64,000 nt of DNA, from the IMG/VR virus record IMGVR_UViG_3300029250_000344. One strand, written 5' to 3'. The stretch's first letter is position 1; every line of letters starts with the position of its first letter. Positions 20,016 to 28,592 of the stretch are shown here, in pieces. Both the position numbers and the translations under genes were made by a program. Source of the DNA: a virus. The notes under the pieces were generated by a model. It worked only from the letters and a program-made list of their open reading frames with translations. It ran no database searches and was not told the DNA's origin.

Positions 20016-20918
20016 TTAAACCTCCAGATTATTCAAAGCAAGAACGACACCTTTTGCCACATTGATGTCAGTTATTTTGTTGTAATTGGCGCTACCGGCA
20101 ACAGACTTAATTGTTGCACTGATTACATCACGGCTGACCCCGCTGTTGGTCTTTTCATCAACAACGGCTTTTATTTCTGCTATCACCGCATCAATACTTT
20201 CCTCTGCCTTCTTTGCTGCCACCTTCTTAGGGGCAGGGGCTTCGCCAGAGTTTGCCCACTCATATAACGCCTTCCCATCCTTTTCAGTCAGCACATCATA
20301 TCTGTCTTCAAACAGATGCGTATTGTCTTTCATTACGGAAGCTATGTGAGTATCCTGTGCGATATTAAAAGTACAAGTGTAGTTGTACTCCATACCATCA
20401 CGCTGTTTATAACCCAAACCAACTTTCTTAGGAGTCTGCTTGCCGTTCTTTTCCTCAAGCACATACTCATCTTTGCCCCTAACTGTTGTAATGATGTGAA
20501 TAGGGCTCTGCAACATCTTTTCCATAAACGCATCGTGGCGCGGTGTAATTTTAGCCCAATTTGCATAGCTGTTACCGGGCATTTTATCGTGAACGGCAAG
20601 GCAGTAATCCCACTCATGTGTTGATGAGTCGATAATGAGAACCTTATACCCGCTGTCTACCGCCACTTCAATCGCGTCAATATAATTTTCGGGCGTAAAC
20701 GGTGCCTCAAACTGGATATCATCAAAGTCAAATTCGTTAGCATAATACCTAATACGGCCATTTTCAGTATCTATAGCCGCTATACGACTATTGCACTCTT
20801 TAGCTATACCGGATGCCAACCGTAGCGCCGTATAAGTTTTGCCGCTGCCGCTGGGCCCTGCAAGCAACACTTTGAGCCACAACTGTTCTCGTTTTGCTTT
20901 CTGAAATGAAATTGCCAT
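20016..20918 (-). CDS. Sak4-like AAA_24 ATPase (recombination)
   Basis: GPSGSGKT Walker A. About 300 aa, RecA-like. Confidence 0.6.
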   Translation of the reverse strand: MAISFQKAKREQLWLKVLLAGPSGSGKTYTALRLASGIAKECNSRIAAIDTENGRIRYYANEFDFDDIQFEAPFTPENYIDAIEVAVDSGYKVLIIDSSTHEWDYCLAVHDKMPGNSYANWAKITPRHDAFMEKMLQSPIHIITTVRGKDEYVLEEKNGKQTPKKVGLGYKQRDGMEYNYTCTFNIAQDTHIASVMKDNTHLFEDRYDVLTEKDGKALYEWANSGEAPAPKKVAAKKAEESIDAVIAEIKAVVDEKTNSGVSRDVISATIKSVAGSANYNKITDINVAKGVVLALNNLEV

Positions 20919-20930
20919 TAAACATCCTCC

Positions 20931-21209
20931 TTATATATTAAACATCAAATCAAGCAGACGATTAACATCGCTGCGTTCAGGATAATAATCCTTCCAATAC
21001 TGTGCTTTAAGTTTGTTAGCGTGCGTGTATGCGTCCTTAACCTCCTGTGCTCTCTTACTCCGCTGTTCGGCAAGCTCTGCCTTGCGCAACCGCTCGGCCT
21101 CTGCCTTTTTTCTTGCTTCTGCCTGCCGCGCCTCGTGGAGCGATTCAGCAGACTCCAGTGCCTCAACCGTATCAAATGTGCGGTTGAGAGTTTCAGACCA
21201 ATACTTCAT
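20931..21209 (-). CDS. hypothetical coiled-coil protein
   Basis: ORF with charged heptads. Confidence 0.4.
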   Translation of the reverse strand: MKYWSETLNRTFDTVEALESAESLHEARQAEARKKAEAERLRKAELAEQRSKRAQEVKDAYTHANKLKAQYWKDYYPERSDVNRLLDLMFNI

Positions 21210-21311
21210 TTTGACCTCCGTCTATATTAAATTTTCCATTATGGACATTGGGAAAGGAGGCGCGTTTTTGTCGGCTGCACGCGCAAACCGCCAAAGAGAG
21301 GATTCCAAGAA

Positions 21312-21387
21312 TGGAGCCATCTGTGGGACTCGAACCCACAACCTTCGCCTTACGAAAGCGTCGCTCTACCGATTGGGCTAAGATGGC
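21312..21387 (-). tRNA. tRNA-Thr (anticodon CGU), CCA encoded
   Basis: 7-bp acceptor stem, GTTCGAGTC T-arm, A14/G18G19/A21 D-loop. The anticodon stem has one mismatch. Confidence 0.6.
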
Positions 21388-21567
21388 CTGATGAATGGAA
21401 GCTTCCCCCGAAGGGAGGTTTACCAACCCAGATGCATCTTAGGGTTTCCTTTACAAACTCGAAAGTCTTACCTGTCAAACCAAGTTTAATACCGTGACTC
21501 TTTATTTAGGGTGTACCCCTCGGGGTGAGGGACGGATACAAGACGATTTCCCCGAGCTGGAGCCGAC

Positions 21568-21641
21568 AGGCGGACTCGAACCGCCACTACCTGCTTACAA
21601 GACAGGGCTTCTGCCATTGAATTATGTCGGCTTGGCCCTAT
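21568..21641 (-). tRNA. tRNA-Thr (anticodon UGU), CCA encoded
   Basis: Perfect acceptor and T stems. Anticodon loop CTTGTAA. Confidence 0.65.
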
Positions 21642-21673
21642 ATGATATAGGGCCTTTTCGAAAGGAGGCTTAA

Positions 21674-21721
21674 GCCAGTGGTGGGAGTTGCACCCACATA
21701 TCGACACTAAATTACACTGGC
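21674..21721 (-). other. tRNA-like minihelix (acceptor-type 7-bp stem enclosing a T-arm-like hairpin)
   Basis: GCCAGTG ... GTGGG-TGCAACT-CCCAC ... CACTGGC on the minus strand, with no D or anticodon arms. Confidence 0.3.
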
Positions 21722-21836
21722 ATGATGAGCAACCTTTCTGCCGTAGTGTGCCAAAGTCTTACTCCGGCCACGGCCGTCTCCGTAGCTGCTCGGGACGCAT
21801 AAACTCGTCTACGTGGGCATCCATGGAATGCCAAAT

Positions 21837-21921
21837 TGGTGCCGAGAGCGGGATTTGAACCCGCAAGCTTTTCGCCGGCGGATTTTAAGTCCGCTGTGTA
21901 TGCCTATTCCACCATCTCGGC
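21837..21921 (-). tRNA. tRNA-Leu (anticodon UAA), type II with long variable arm, CCA encoded
   Basis: Acceptor GCCGAGA/TCTCGGC. T-arm GCGGGTTCAAATCCCGC. Anticodon stem GCGGA/TCCGC with loop CTTAAAA. Confidence 0.8.
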
Positions 21922-21974
21922 AGAGGCACGCGAACTGAATCGCGTGTCAATATTGACTTACTATTTCGTGACTA

Positions 21975-22010
21975 CTAAATTATAGCACAGTTTACTTATT
22001 TTGTGTCAGA
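21975..22010 (-). promoter_or_regulatory. sigma70-like promoter for the tRNA cluster
   Basis: Minus strand: CTGACA, an 18-nt spacer, then extended -10 TGcTATAAT. Confidence 0.4.
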
Positions 22011-22205
22011 CTGAGAAGACGGCACGTTGCTAAACAGTATATCACATAAAGTTTTCAACGCTACCGCTATACCGAACGTTATGTGTGGTAATCCAAAGAA
22101 GTCTGCCAACCATATATTCCAAAGCAAGCATATTACACCTGCCCAAATGGCATATGCTGCTACGGCTACTAAAGAGGCTACTGCTAAAGCTTTTATTTTG
22201 TCCAT
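21996..22205 (-). CDS. small membrane protein (2 TM)
   Basis: 69-aa hydrophobic ORF. Confidence 0.45.
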   Translation of the reverse strand: MDKIKALAVASLVAVAAYAIWAGVICLLWNIWLADFFGLPHITFGIAVALKTLCDILFSNVPSSQSDTK

Positions 22206-22360
22206 ATCATTATACCATAAGCCGTTATGAATAGCGTCAACAGCACAGCCAGTATGATTATGTGTGACTTAAACTGCCGAATCGTGAATGGCGGATATGC
22301 GTCCATAATGATAATCTCCGCCATCAATATACCGGCCAACACTGCAAACGCTATCTTCAT
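22193..22360 (-). CDS. small membrane ORF (55 aa)
   Basis: Below the track cutoff. 2 TM. Its stop overlaps the start of the downstream 69-aa ORF. Confidence 0.3.
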   Translation of the reverse strand: MKIAFAVLAGILMAEIIIMDAYPPFTIRQFKSHIIILAVLLTLFITAYGIMIWTK

Positions 22361-22375
22361 GGCTGCGTCCCTTTC

Positions 22376-23461
22376 CTATTCGTTGTATGTTATCAAGAAC
22401 TGCGGGCTTACCGCCTTAAAGCTTGCAACCCCATCTTGGCTGCGTATAACCAACCCTTCTCGCAGTGTGTCGCCTATTGCGCTCTGGCCTGTAGCGTAGT
22501 CAAGCACTTCATTCACTGTGTCCGGCAGTACATAATTGGCGTTTACAATCGGAACAAATTTTAGACCTACCACTTTTGCCAACTTATAAGCTTCTAACGT
22601 TCCCAGCCTGCCTTTCGGCGTAATCACATTAAACACATAAAAGTCAGGTTCGGTTACTTTGTATTTATTGCCTTGAACTTTAGGAGAAATACATTCGCCT
22701 TGTATGGCAACCCACGATGGGTTGCCGCACCAACCCATCAGCGCCGTCAAAGACAATTCTATATGGTACTTGGCAGACACGGCCCAATATGATGAATCAT
22801 CCTCCTCATACAACCTGCGATTGCGGGAACATACAATGTACTCGTACTTACGTCCGAATAACCCTTCGTGACGCACAAGAGCAAATGTGCCTGACTGCCC
22901 ATCAATCTTTTCCGTACAAATCATAGGCTCTTTATTCCGCAAAATGAACGGCATGTTTTGTATACGCACTTCATCTGTTTTTGAGATGAAATTAGGGAAC
23001 GCACGTGCCTCTCTCTTGCTTGAACGAGAGATAAGCTTCCTAAACCAGCCCCAGCGCATTAACCACTTGGGGTATTTGAATGTCGCCTGCTTGGGCTGCA
23101 TTTGTTGCGGCGCATCATCCATGGTTTTCTCATACTGCTTCACGCCGATTATTTCCGTCACATCTTGTTCCAATATATACTGGCCACGCGGTAGGATGCT
23201 TAACGGAAAACAAATGCCCTGTGAAATTACTCCCGCCATTTTCATCGTGCGAATACGGAAGTCTTTGCTTCGCAGAAACTCAAACTCTGGTTTCTCTGGG
23301 AGTACAGAGTCTATCTCTATATACACACATTTATCTCCGCGAGAGAACTCCCCCTTCTTTACAATGACCTGCCAGCCATCTATGATGGCAAGCTCAATGC
23401 GGTCACGCCCCTCTATGGGAATTAAATCGCTAATCTCTTTTATGCTTGCAAGCTTTCGCAT
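22376..23461 (-). CDS. ATP-dependent RNA ligase (nucleotidyltransferase domain C-terminal)
   Basis: Motifs I KIDG, III FYVFNV, IV EGLVIR, V FKAV. Confidence 0.7.
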   Translation of the reverse strand: MRKLASIKEISDLIPIEGRDRIELAIIDGWQVIVKKGEFSRGDKCVYIEIDSVLPEKPEFEFLRSKDFRIRTMKMAGVISQGICFPLSILPRGQYILEQDVTEIIGVKQYEKTMDDAPQQMQPKQATFKYPKWLMRWGWFRKLISRSSKREARAFPNFISKTDEVRIQNMPFILRNKEPMICTEKIDGQSGTFALVRHEGLFGRKYEYIVCSRNRRLYEEDDSSYWAVSAKYHIELSLTALMGWCGNPSWVAIQGECISPKVQGNKYKVTEPDFYVFNVITPKGRLGTLEAYKLAKVVGLKFVPIVNANYVLPDTVNEVLDYATGQSAIGDTLREGLVIRSQDGVASFKAVSPQFLITYNE

Positions 23462-23472
23462 CGAATTCCTCC

Positions 23473-23904
23473 TTAGTAGTTCTCAGAGTGAGTGAAAGAG
23501 ACTGTTACCGGCATTTTCCAATTTTGTTGTGCCGCGCCAATGACCGCATCTAAGAATGCCGCCGCCAGTTGTTGCCGGACAGACGGCTTGTTTAGCTCTG
23601 CTCGAATAGCTTGCGAAAACTGCTCCTTATTTTCTTCGACCATTTTAGCTATTTCGTTTTTAACAGATTCCTTGACGCTCTGTTCTGCTAAATACTTAAG
23701 ATATGGTATTGCGCGATAGGAGCCCGAGCTGCACGGCCTGCCTTCTGTGTCTACATACGATGACACCACTGCCTTAACGGCTTTCTCAATTAGCTCATCT
23801 TTATTCCCCAGTGCGCTTGCTATGGCAACGCATACAGCATTGCTTACATTGTTCTCAATGAGTTCTTTGTCGATTTGAATACCCATATTAAGTGTTTCTT
23901 TCAT
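23473..23904 (-). CDS. hypothetical protein
   Basis: ORF. Confidence 0.45.
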   Translation of the reverse strand: MKETLNMGIQIDKELIENNVSNAVCVAIASALGNKDELIEKAVKAVVSSYVDTEGRPCSSGSYRAIPYLKYLAEQSVKESVKNEIAKMVEENKEQFSQAIRAELNKPSVRQQLAAAFLDAVIGAAQQNWKMPVTVSFTHSENY

Positions 23905-24045
23905 TGCGATATCTCCTCCACCTTTTTATTGACTACACCCTATCGCTCCACGATAGGCGAATGTAGCCCAAATATTCTTATAGTTTCCCAATCAATGTTA
24001 ATGACATTATCTAATGTGGGCGTTGAAATATTGGCTTTCTCTTCA

Positions 24046-24363
24046 TTAGTCCTTTGGGACAGACATCCTCGCCCCACAGTTTGGACAGATGGGGTATATA
24101 CCTTGTTTAGCCCATTTATATTTTTCATGCATTGCCTCCGATCCGCATTTAGAGCAATTATAACAGTAATTACTATTTTTCCAATGCGGGTTAATCCAAT
24201 AGCCGTGTTTAATTGGGACAACGTTGTTTACAATATACGTCTCTATACTGTCCTTTATCAGAGGTATTGGGACACGACCATGTTCATTCAGATGACTCAG
24301 CTCATCGTCACCGTCAAATGAAAAAAGTGCAAGTAGCTTGTCTGCGTCTGCGTATCTGGTCAT
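24046..24363 (-). CDS. hypothetical protein with C-terminal zinc ribbon
   Basis: CYNCSKCG...CPNCG. Confidence 0.45.
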   Translation of the reverse strand: MTRYADADKLLALFSFDGDDELSHLNEHGRVPIPLIKDSIETYIVNNVVPIKHGYWINPHWKNSNYCYNCSKCGSEAMHEKYKWAKQGIYPICPNCGARMSVPKD

Positions 24364-24602
24364 AGTATTACCTCCATGCTGACTTCTTTTGGAATAATTA
24401 CTTCGGTGTTATCGTCTATCGTTTGTTGGTTTTTAGATCTGAAATTCCAAGCATTCCATACACTCCACTCGTCCCCTTGGTCTATTTTTACACAAACGTC
24501 GGTTTCGTTAAGCATAAAAACATCGCCCATGCTTAGTGAGCCGAACACAGCTTTGGTACTATTTGATATGTTTATTATCATATATCCTCCCTTACCTCCC
24601 AT
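24360..24602 (-). CDS. hypothetical protein (trimmed from track ORF 24360..24842)
   Basis: The internal Met avoids a 200-nt overlap with the upstream ORF. Confidence 0.3.
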   Translation of the reverse strand: MGGKGGYMIINISNSTKAVFGSLSMGDVFMLNETDVCVKIDQGDEWSVWNAWNFRSKNQQTIDDNTEVIIPKEVSMEVIL

Positions 24603-24642
24603 TTGAGCCGTCTCTGCGCCGCGACGCACCCCCATTTTACAT

Positions 24643-24936
24643 TCACCATTCTCCTCTACGTATAATCCAGACCGCGAACGACCTTGGAGCTTTTGTGTTG
24701 TATACACAGTATCCTCCACGTGGCTCACCGTCCAAGTTGTCCCAGTCTCTTCGTACTTCCCAACGACACCAGCCTTCTTGCACATACATTTCTGACTTGT
24801 GTTTTTCTGGTATTCCGTTTTCACGGCAGATAAAATCAACAACGTTTTCTCTGTCCGGGCAAGCGTCTTTTGCTATGATATACGCTTCGCCGTCAAGGTC
24901 GAAATCCCATACATCCCAGACAAAGCTTCGTTTCAT
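24643..24936 (-). CDS. hypothetical protein
   Basis: ORF. Confidence 0.35.
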   Translation of the reverse strand: MKRSFVWDVWDFDLDGEAYIIAKDACPDRENVVDFICRENGIPEKHKSEMYVQEGWCRWEVRRDWDNLDGEPRGGYCVYNTKAPRSFAVWIIRRGEW

Positions 24937-24963
24937 ACATCATACCCCGTATATTTCATTTCT

Positions 24964-25710
24964 TTATATCCGCGCATAAAGCATAGCCTCCTTACGAGTC
25001 ATGAAGAAATGAACGCCTGGCGCACACTCCTTCCAGCGATTGGTGTCAAAATTTTTAATCTCAATAGTTTCTCCAACCTTATAAACGAATTTTGGGTCAT
25101 AACCAGAGCGTGCTTCCGTAAATTCAGTTAAAGCTCCACTGAAATGATAAATACCTAATACCTGCGCTTTGCTGGCTCTGCACCTGCGTGATGTAGCACT
25201 CGAGCGTAAGGCATCGGCTGGTATTTCAAGTTTTATGAGATAAGAGTGAAACCCCAAAACACCAGTCTCTACATACCCTATTTTCCACCCTATAAAAGCC
25301 CCCTCTTCGGGACATTGCAAATAATAATAGGCATTATCATCATCCAAGTTCGCCCATTCGAGATTTTGGGCTTCACTTAAATCAAGAGTATGAAGATTGC
25401 AATCGTTAAAACTCGCATTACGAAAATTGCCACTAAATTTAGGATTGTCACGAAAAGTGCAGTTAGTAAAAGTGGCCTGCTCAAAATTGCAGTCTATAAA
25501 TCTTGCCGCGCTAAAATCGCAACAATAAAAATCAGCATTGACAAGAGTTTCGTCTCTAATCTCGCACCAAATACGCAGACCCTCTGCTTTCAAACGAGTT
25601 CCTCGGCCCCCTTGACTAAGTAGCCAAATCCGATGTTGCTCTATACGATGGTAAAAATCATCATATGATATATAATGATTCCGGAATGTCCCCGCAATGA
25701 TCCGATTCAT
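24964..25710 (-). CDS. pentapeptide-repeat protein
   Basis: Tandem A(D/N)LXX-type pentapeptides (ADFYCCDFSAARFIDCNFEQATFTNCTFRDN...). The start is likely the Met at 25710. Confidence 0.6.
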   Translation of the reverse strand: MNRIIAGTFRNHYISYDDFYHRIEQHRIWLLSQGGRGTRLKAEGLRIWCEIRDETLVNADFYCCDFSAARFIDCNFEQATFTNCTFRDNPKFSGNFRNASFNDCNLHTLDLSEAQNLEWANLDDDNAYYYLQCPEEGAFIGWKIGYVETGVLGFHSYLIKLEIPADALRSSATSRRCRASKAQVLGIYHFSGALTEFTEARSGYDPKFVYKVGETIEIKNFDTNRWKECAPGVHFFMTRKEAMLYARI

Positions 25711-25711
25711 C

Positions 25712-25978
25712 TTATACCTCCGCCTTCGGCAGCTTTGGCATCGGTAACTCTGGCATCGGCATCCACGCAACGACGGGATTTTCTCTCATCCATGAACCAC
25801 CACCACCGCAGTACACATACTCCATTCTGTCGGTGAGGGCAGGACCGTAGTAATACCACCACTCCAGTAAAGACTGTCCCTTGCGCACCGTGCCTCTAAA
25901 TATTTGTCCGTCCCTAAGCAGAATAATCACCGGCTTGTCTTCTTCCGGCAACTTTTCCTCAACGCTTATCCATTTCAT
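25712..25978 (-). CDS. DUF551-like phage protein
   Basis: N-terminal MKWISVEEKLPE signature. Confidence 0.55.
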   Translation of the reverse strand: MKWISVEEKLPEEDKPVIILLRDGQIFRGTVRKGQSLLEWWYYYGPALTDRMEYVYCGGGGSWMRENPVVAWMPMPELPMPKLPKAEV

Positions 25979-26253
25979 GGTCTATCCTCCTTCGGCGGTA
26001 TTTTACTAATTTGGGTTCCTGCATAATCCACATCATTTAATAGATACTTATCCCGCAAATATTCAGCCATTTCTTGCAAGCAAGCGGGGCATAAATGTAC
26101 AGGGATTAACAGTGGTGTCGGTCTGCTGCCATCGCAAGAGGTAAACCAGCCGGGTAATATAGCCTTACTCAATTCTGATTTTTCACATTGGAGCTGAAAT
26201 TCCTGATTACACATATCACATTTTTGAAAATATCTTGCTACTACCTTACTCAT
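25975..26253 (-). CDS. hypothetical Cys-rich protein
   Basis: ORF. Confidence 0.4.
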   Translation of the reverse strand: MSKVVARYFQKCDMCNQEFQLQCEKSELSKAILPGWFTSCDGSRPTPLLIPVHLCPACLQEMAEYLRDKYLLNDVDYAGTQISKIPPKEDRP

Positions 26254-26256
26254 GGA

Positions 26257-26499
26257 TTAGCCCTCCTTCGGTGGCTCTGGCAGTGGCAACCAGTGGGTAA
26301 CTTTTGGCTCTTTTATGTAACTCCACCCCCACAATAGCCAGTTGCTTGCTTTTGATGTAATTCCGGTTAGCCATGACGTTTCACTTTCAACTCTTTTGTA
26401 TTGGCCTACACACACTAAGCGTTCCCCCCATCCGTGGGATATCACAAGCACTTCCTGCCCATCTTCCGGCAATCTCTCTTTAACGCTTATCCAATCCAT
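26257..26499 (-). CDS. DUF551-like phage protein
   Basis: MDWISVKERLPEDG signature. Confidence 0.55.
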   Translation of the reverse strand: MDWISVKERLPEDGQEVLVISHGWGERLVCVGQYKRVESETSWLTGITSKASNWLLWGWSYIKEPKVTHWLPLPEPPKEG

Positions 26500-26587
26500 T
26501 CTTTAATCCTCCCTTTGCTCGCGGAGGGCACTGCTCTTTTATCCAAGTATTTCATAAGTCCAGCAAATGTAGGCCGCTTTCCTCGTG

Positions 26588-26785
26588 TTAAAAATATCCA
26601 TGCTCAAGCGTCCAGTTGTCCATAGTGAGCAATTTGAATAGTTCCATATGCCCATCTATCCATACAGATGCATCTGATCTGGTCTTCCCGCGAAATTTTT
26701 CGCCTACAAATTCTTCCATATATGCAATAAGTTTAAGCTGTTTCTCAGTAGCAGGTAGTCTGTCTCTCACGCTTATCCAGTTCAT
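26588..26785 (-). CDS. DUF551-like N-terminal paralog
   Basis: MNWISVRDRLPATEKQ. Confidence 0.4.
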   Translation of the reverse strand: MNWISVRDRLPATEKQLKLIAYMEEFVGEKFRGKTRSDASVWIDGHMELFKLLTMDNWTLEHGYF

Positions 26786-26792
26786 TGGTTTT

Positions 26793-27161
26793 CTACTTGT
26801 CCATTTCGGCCAAACACATAGGACAATATTTCAGTGGCTCATGCCAGCAGCCTTCGCATTGTGAGCAAATATAATCCACATTTCGTATTGGATAATCCTC
26901 TTTTTCATTTTCTATTATCCTTTTTATCCAATATCCATGTTTCTTCTCTATAACATCGGCGGCGGGCAACATCCCTATCTCAGCTATTGCACACTCTATT
27001 GCACCACTATGATAACCGAGCGTCGAACCACTCGACAGGTCGTAACGCTCCAGAATTTTTATCACTTCTTTGCGGTCTAAATATTCTTTACTCATTATCA
27101 ATCTCCTCAGCTGGTTGTCGAAGCCAGTCAACAATAGTATGATAGCAAAATTTTCTATCAA
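26793..27161 (-). CDS. hypothetical protein with C-terminal zinc ribbon
   Basis: CSQCEGC...CPMC. Confidence 0.4.
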   Translation of the reverse strand: MIENFAIILLLTGFDNQLRRLIMSKEYLDRKEVIKILERYDLSSGSTLGYHSGAIECAIAEIGMLPAADVIEKKHGYWIKRIIENEKEDYPIRNVDYICSQCEGCWHEPLKYCPMCLAEMDK

Positions 27162-27306
27162 TGTCTGAAGCCACTGAACAGTTAGTTAAAAGATGTGCCA
27201 GTTGCTCGTCGCTCATCGTCCTGATGAGGTCGGCGTTAGTCTTCATTTTGTAGGGCTTTGGGTAATCCAAATAAGGCGGGTAGTTTTTTATTTCGTCCAT
27301 AATCAT
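27088..27306 (-). CDS. hypothetical protein
   Basis: ORF. Confidence 0.3.
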   Translation of the reverse strand: MIMDEIKNYPPYLDYPKPYKMKTNADLIRTMSDEQLAHLLTNCSVASDIDRKFCYHTIVDWLRQPAEEIDNE

Positions 27307-27321
27307 TTCTCCCTGTATTCA

Positions 27322-27675
27322 CTATGTTCTCGACCAAAGCGACGCTGTTAATGATTCCATCGCTTTGCAAGCAGCCTCTATTGCCTCGCTCAAATCCGCT
27401 TTGGTTATATCTTCTTCGTTTGCTATCTTTGTAGTGTTAAATTCAGGCGTATATTCATCAGACAGTTCTTTTCTTATATTCTCTCTTTCTTCATCGGGAT
27501 AAGAAATTGGGCATTGCCTTTGAATGTTTGCGATATGCGAGATTTGTTCTTGAGAGAACATGTATAAATGATCTAAGACCACTTCTCTACGTTTGCTTCT
27601 GTCTGGATGACAACTACCACTATACCGGCATTGACACGTATCAATCCTATAGTTACAAATTGGGCATTTATCCAC
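27322..27675 (-). CDS. hypothetical Cys-rich protein
   Basis: ORF. Confidence 0.4.
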   Translation of the reverse strand: MDKCPICNYRIDTCQCRYSGSCHPDRSKRREVVLDHLYMFSQEQISHIANIQRQCPISYPDEERENIRKELSDEYTPEFNTTKIANEEDITKADLSEAIEAACKAMESLTASLWSRT

Positions 27676-27734
27676 TTATATTTCCCCGCACTTCTTGCAC
27701 CTAAGCTTATGAGTTATGATGATTTTGACAAAAC

Positions 27735-28586
27735 TCATTCATCCATTTCCACAAAATTGCCGTCCACGAGGACATAATATGTATCTGCTTTTATGGTCAC
27801 GCCGTCTACCTGCGCCATCTTGGCACAGATAAGCTTGCCTTCCTTCCACTCCGTGCAAACAATATATGCTCCAAGCACGCCCTTGGCACGGCCTTTTAAG
27901 CCCCACGCAACCGCAATGGCAGTAGGATTGTCCGCAGATGCTGCGCCCCGACAGCCTGTCACCAATGCCGCACTATAATTGCCTGTCGCAAATGCAGCAC
28001 CCTTATCACCTGTCGCAGATGCCACACCCCCTTTGCCTGTCGCAGAGACCGCGCTCTGATCACCTGTCGCAGATGCAGCGCTATAATCACCTTCCGCGAA
28101 TGTTGCACTATAGTCGTCTGTCGCAGATGCAGTGCTCTGAATGCCTGCCGCAGATGCCACGCTTTGATAGCCTGTCACGGATGCCGCGCTATAATCGCCT
28201 GTCACATATGCCACACTCTGATCGCCTGTTGCAGATGCAACGCCCTGATCGCCTGTCACGCGCTTACGGCGTGATTTATTGCACTTGGACATATTATATT
28301 TCAGGGATGCCTTCACAAGGCTTGCTATATCCATTCTTGCGCCAACCCTGATGGTCTTGGCACATACCTTGCTATCGTCTTCACACTCGTCAGATACCTC
28401 ATCAAGCTCTACCTCATGATATACGCTGCTGTTTGGTGGGTAGTAAGCCAGCACGTCAAGCGGATACTTACATGCGTGGAAGCCGCTTTCGCACAGCTTT
28501 GTCATATCAGTATGGTACGTCTCGCCCTCTGCATATTGAAAGCCACGGCACGTCATATCGCGATTGAAACCCTTGTATGCTTTCAT
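27735..28586 (-). CDS. nonapeptide-repeat (TGDxSxASA) protein
   Basis: About 12 tandem 9-residue repeats following a Cys/His-containing N-terminal domain. Confidence 0.55.
   Translation of the reverse strand: MKAYKGFNRDMTCRGFQYAEGETYHTDMTKLCESGFHACKYPLDVLAYYPPNSSVYHEVELDEVSDECEDDSKVCAKTIRVGARMDIASLVKASLKYNMSKCNKSRRKRVTGDQGVASATGDQSVAYVTGDYSAASVTGYQSVASAAGIQSTASATDDYSATFAEGDYSAASATGDQSAVSATGKGGVASATGDKGAAFATGNYSAALVTGCRGAASADNPTAIAVAWGLKGRAKGVLGAYIVCTEWKEGKLICAKMAQVDGVTIKADTYYVLVDGNFVEMDE
27930..28270. repeat. 27-bp tandem coding repeat array (about 12 units)
   Basis: Repeated CCTGTCGCAGATGC(A/C)(G/C)C... units visible directly in the sequence. Confidence 0.7.
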
Positions 28587-28592
28587 TCTTAT

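Noticed and set aside
21388-21567. A fourth tRNA in the 180-nt spacer between the two tRNA-Thr genes.
   Set aside because: No T-loop (GTTCRANYC) or acceptor pairing was found. Only short GC hairpins are present.
21193-21707. ORFs 21193..21426 and 21486..21707 from the six-frame track.
   Set aside because: They run antisense across the tRNA genes. Their translations are the typical artefactual tRNA-derived peptides.
24360-24842. Full-length 160-aa track ORF.
   Set aside because: Its N-terminal half overlaps ORF 24643..24936 by 200 nt in another frame. It was trimmed to the internal Met at 24602.
27930-28270. Possible CRISPR array (regular 27-bp repeats).
   Set aside because: The repeats are contiguous with no spacers, and they lie inside a long ORF where they encode a nonapeptide repeat.
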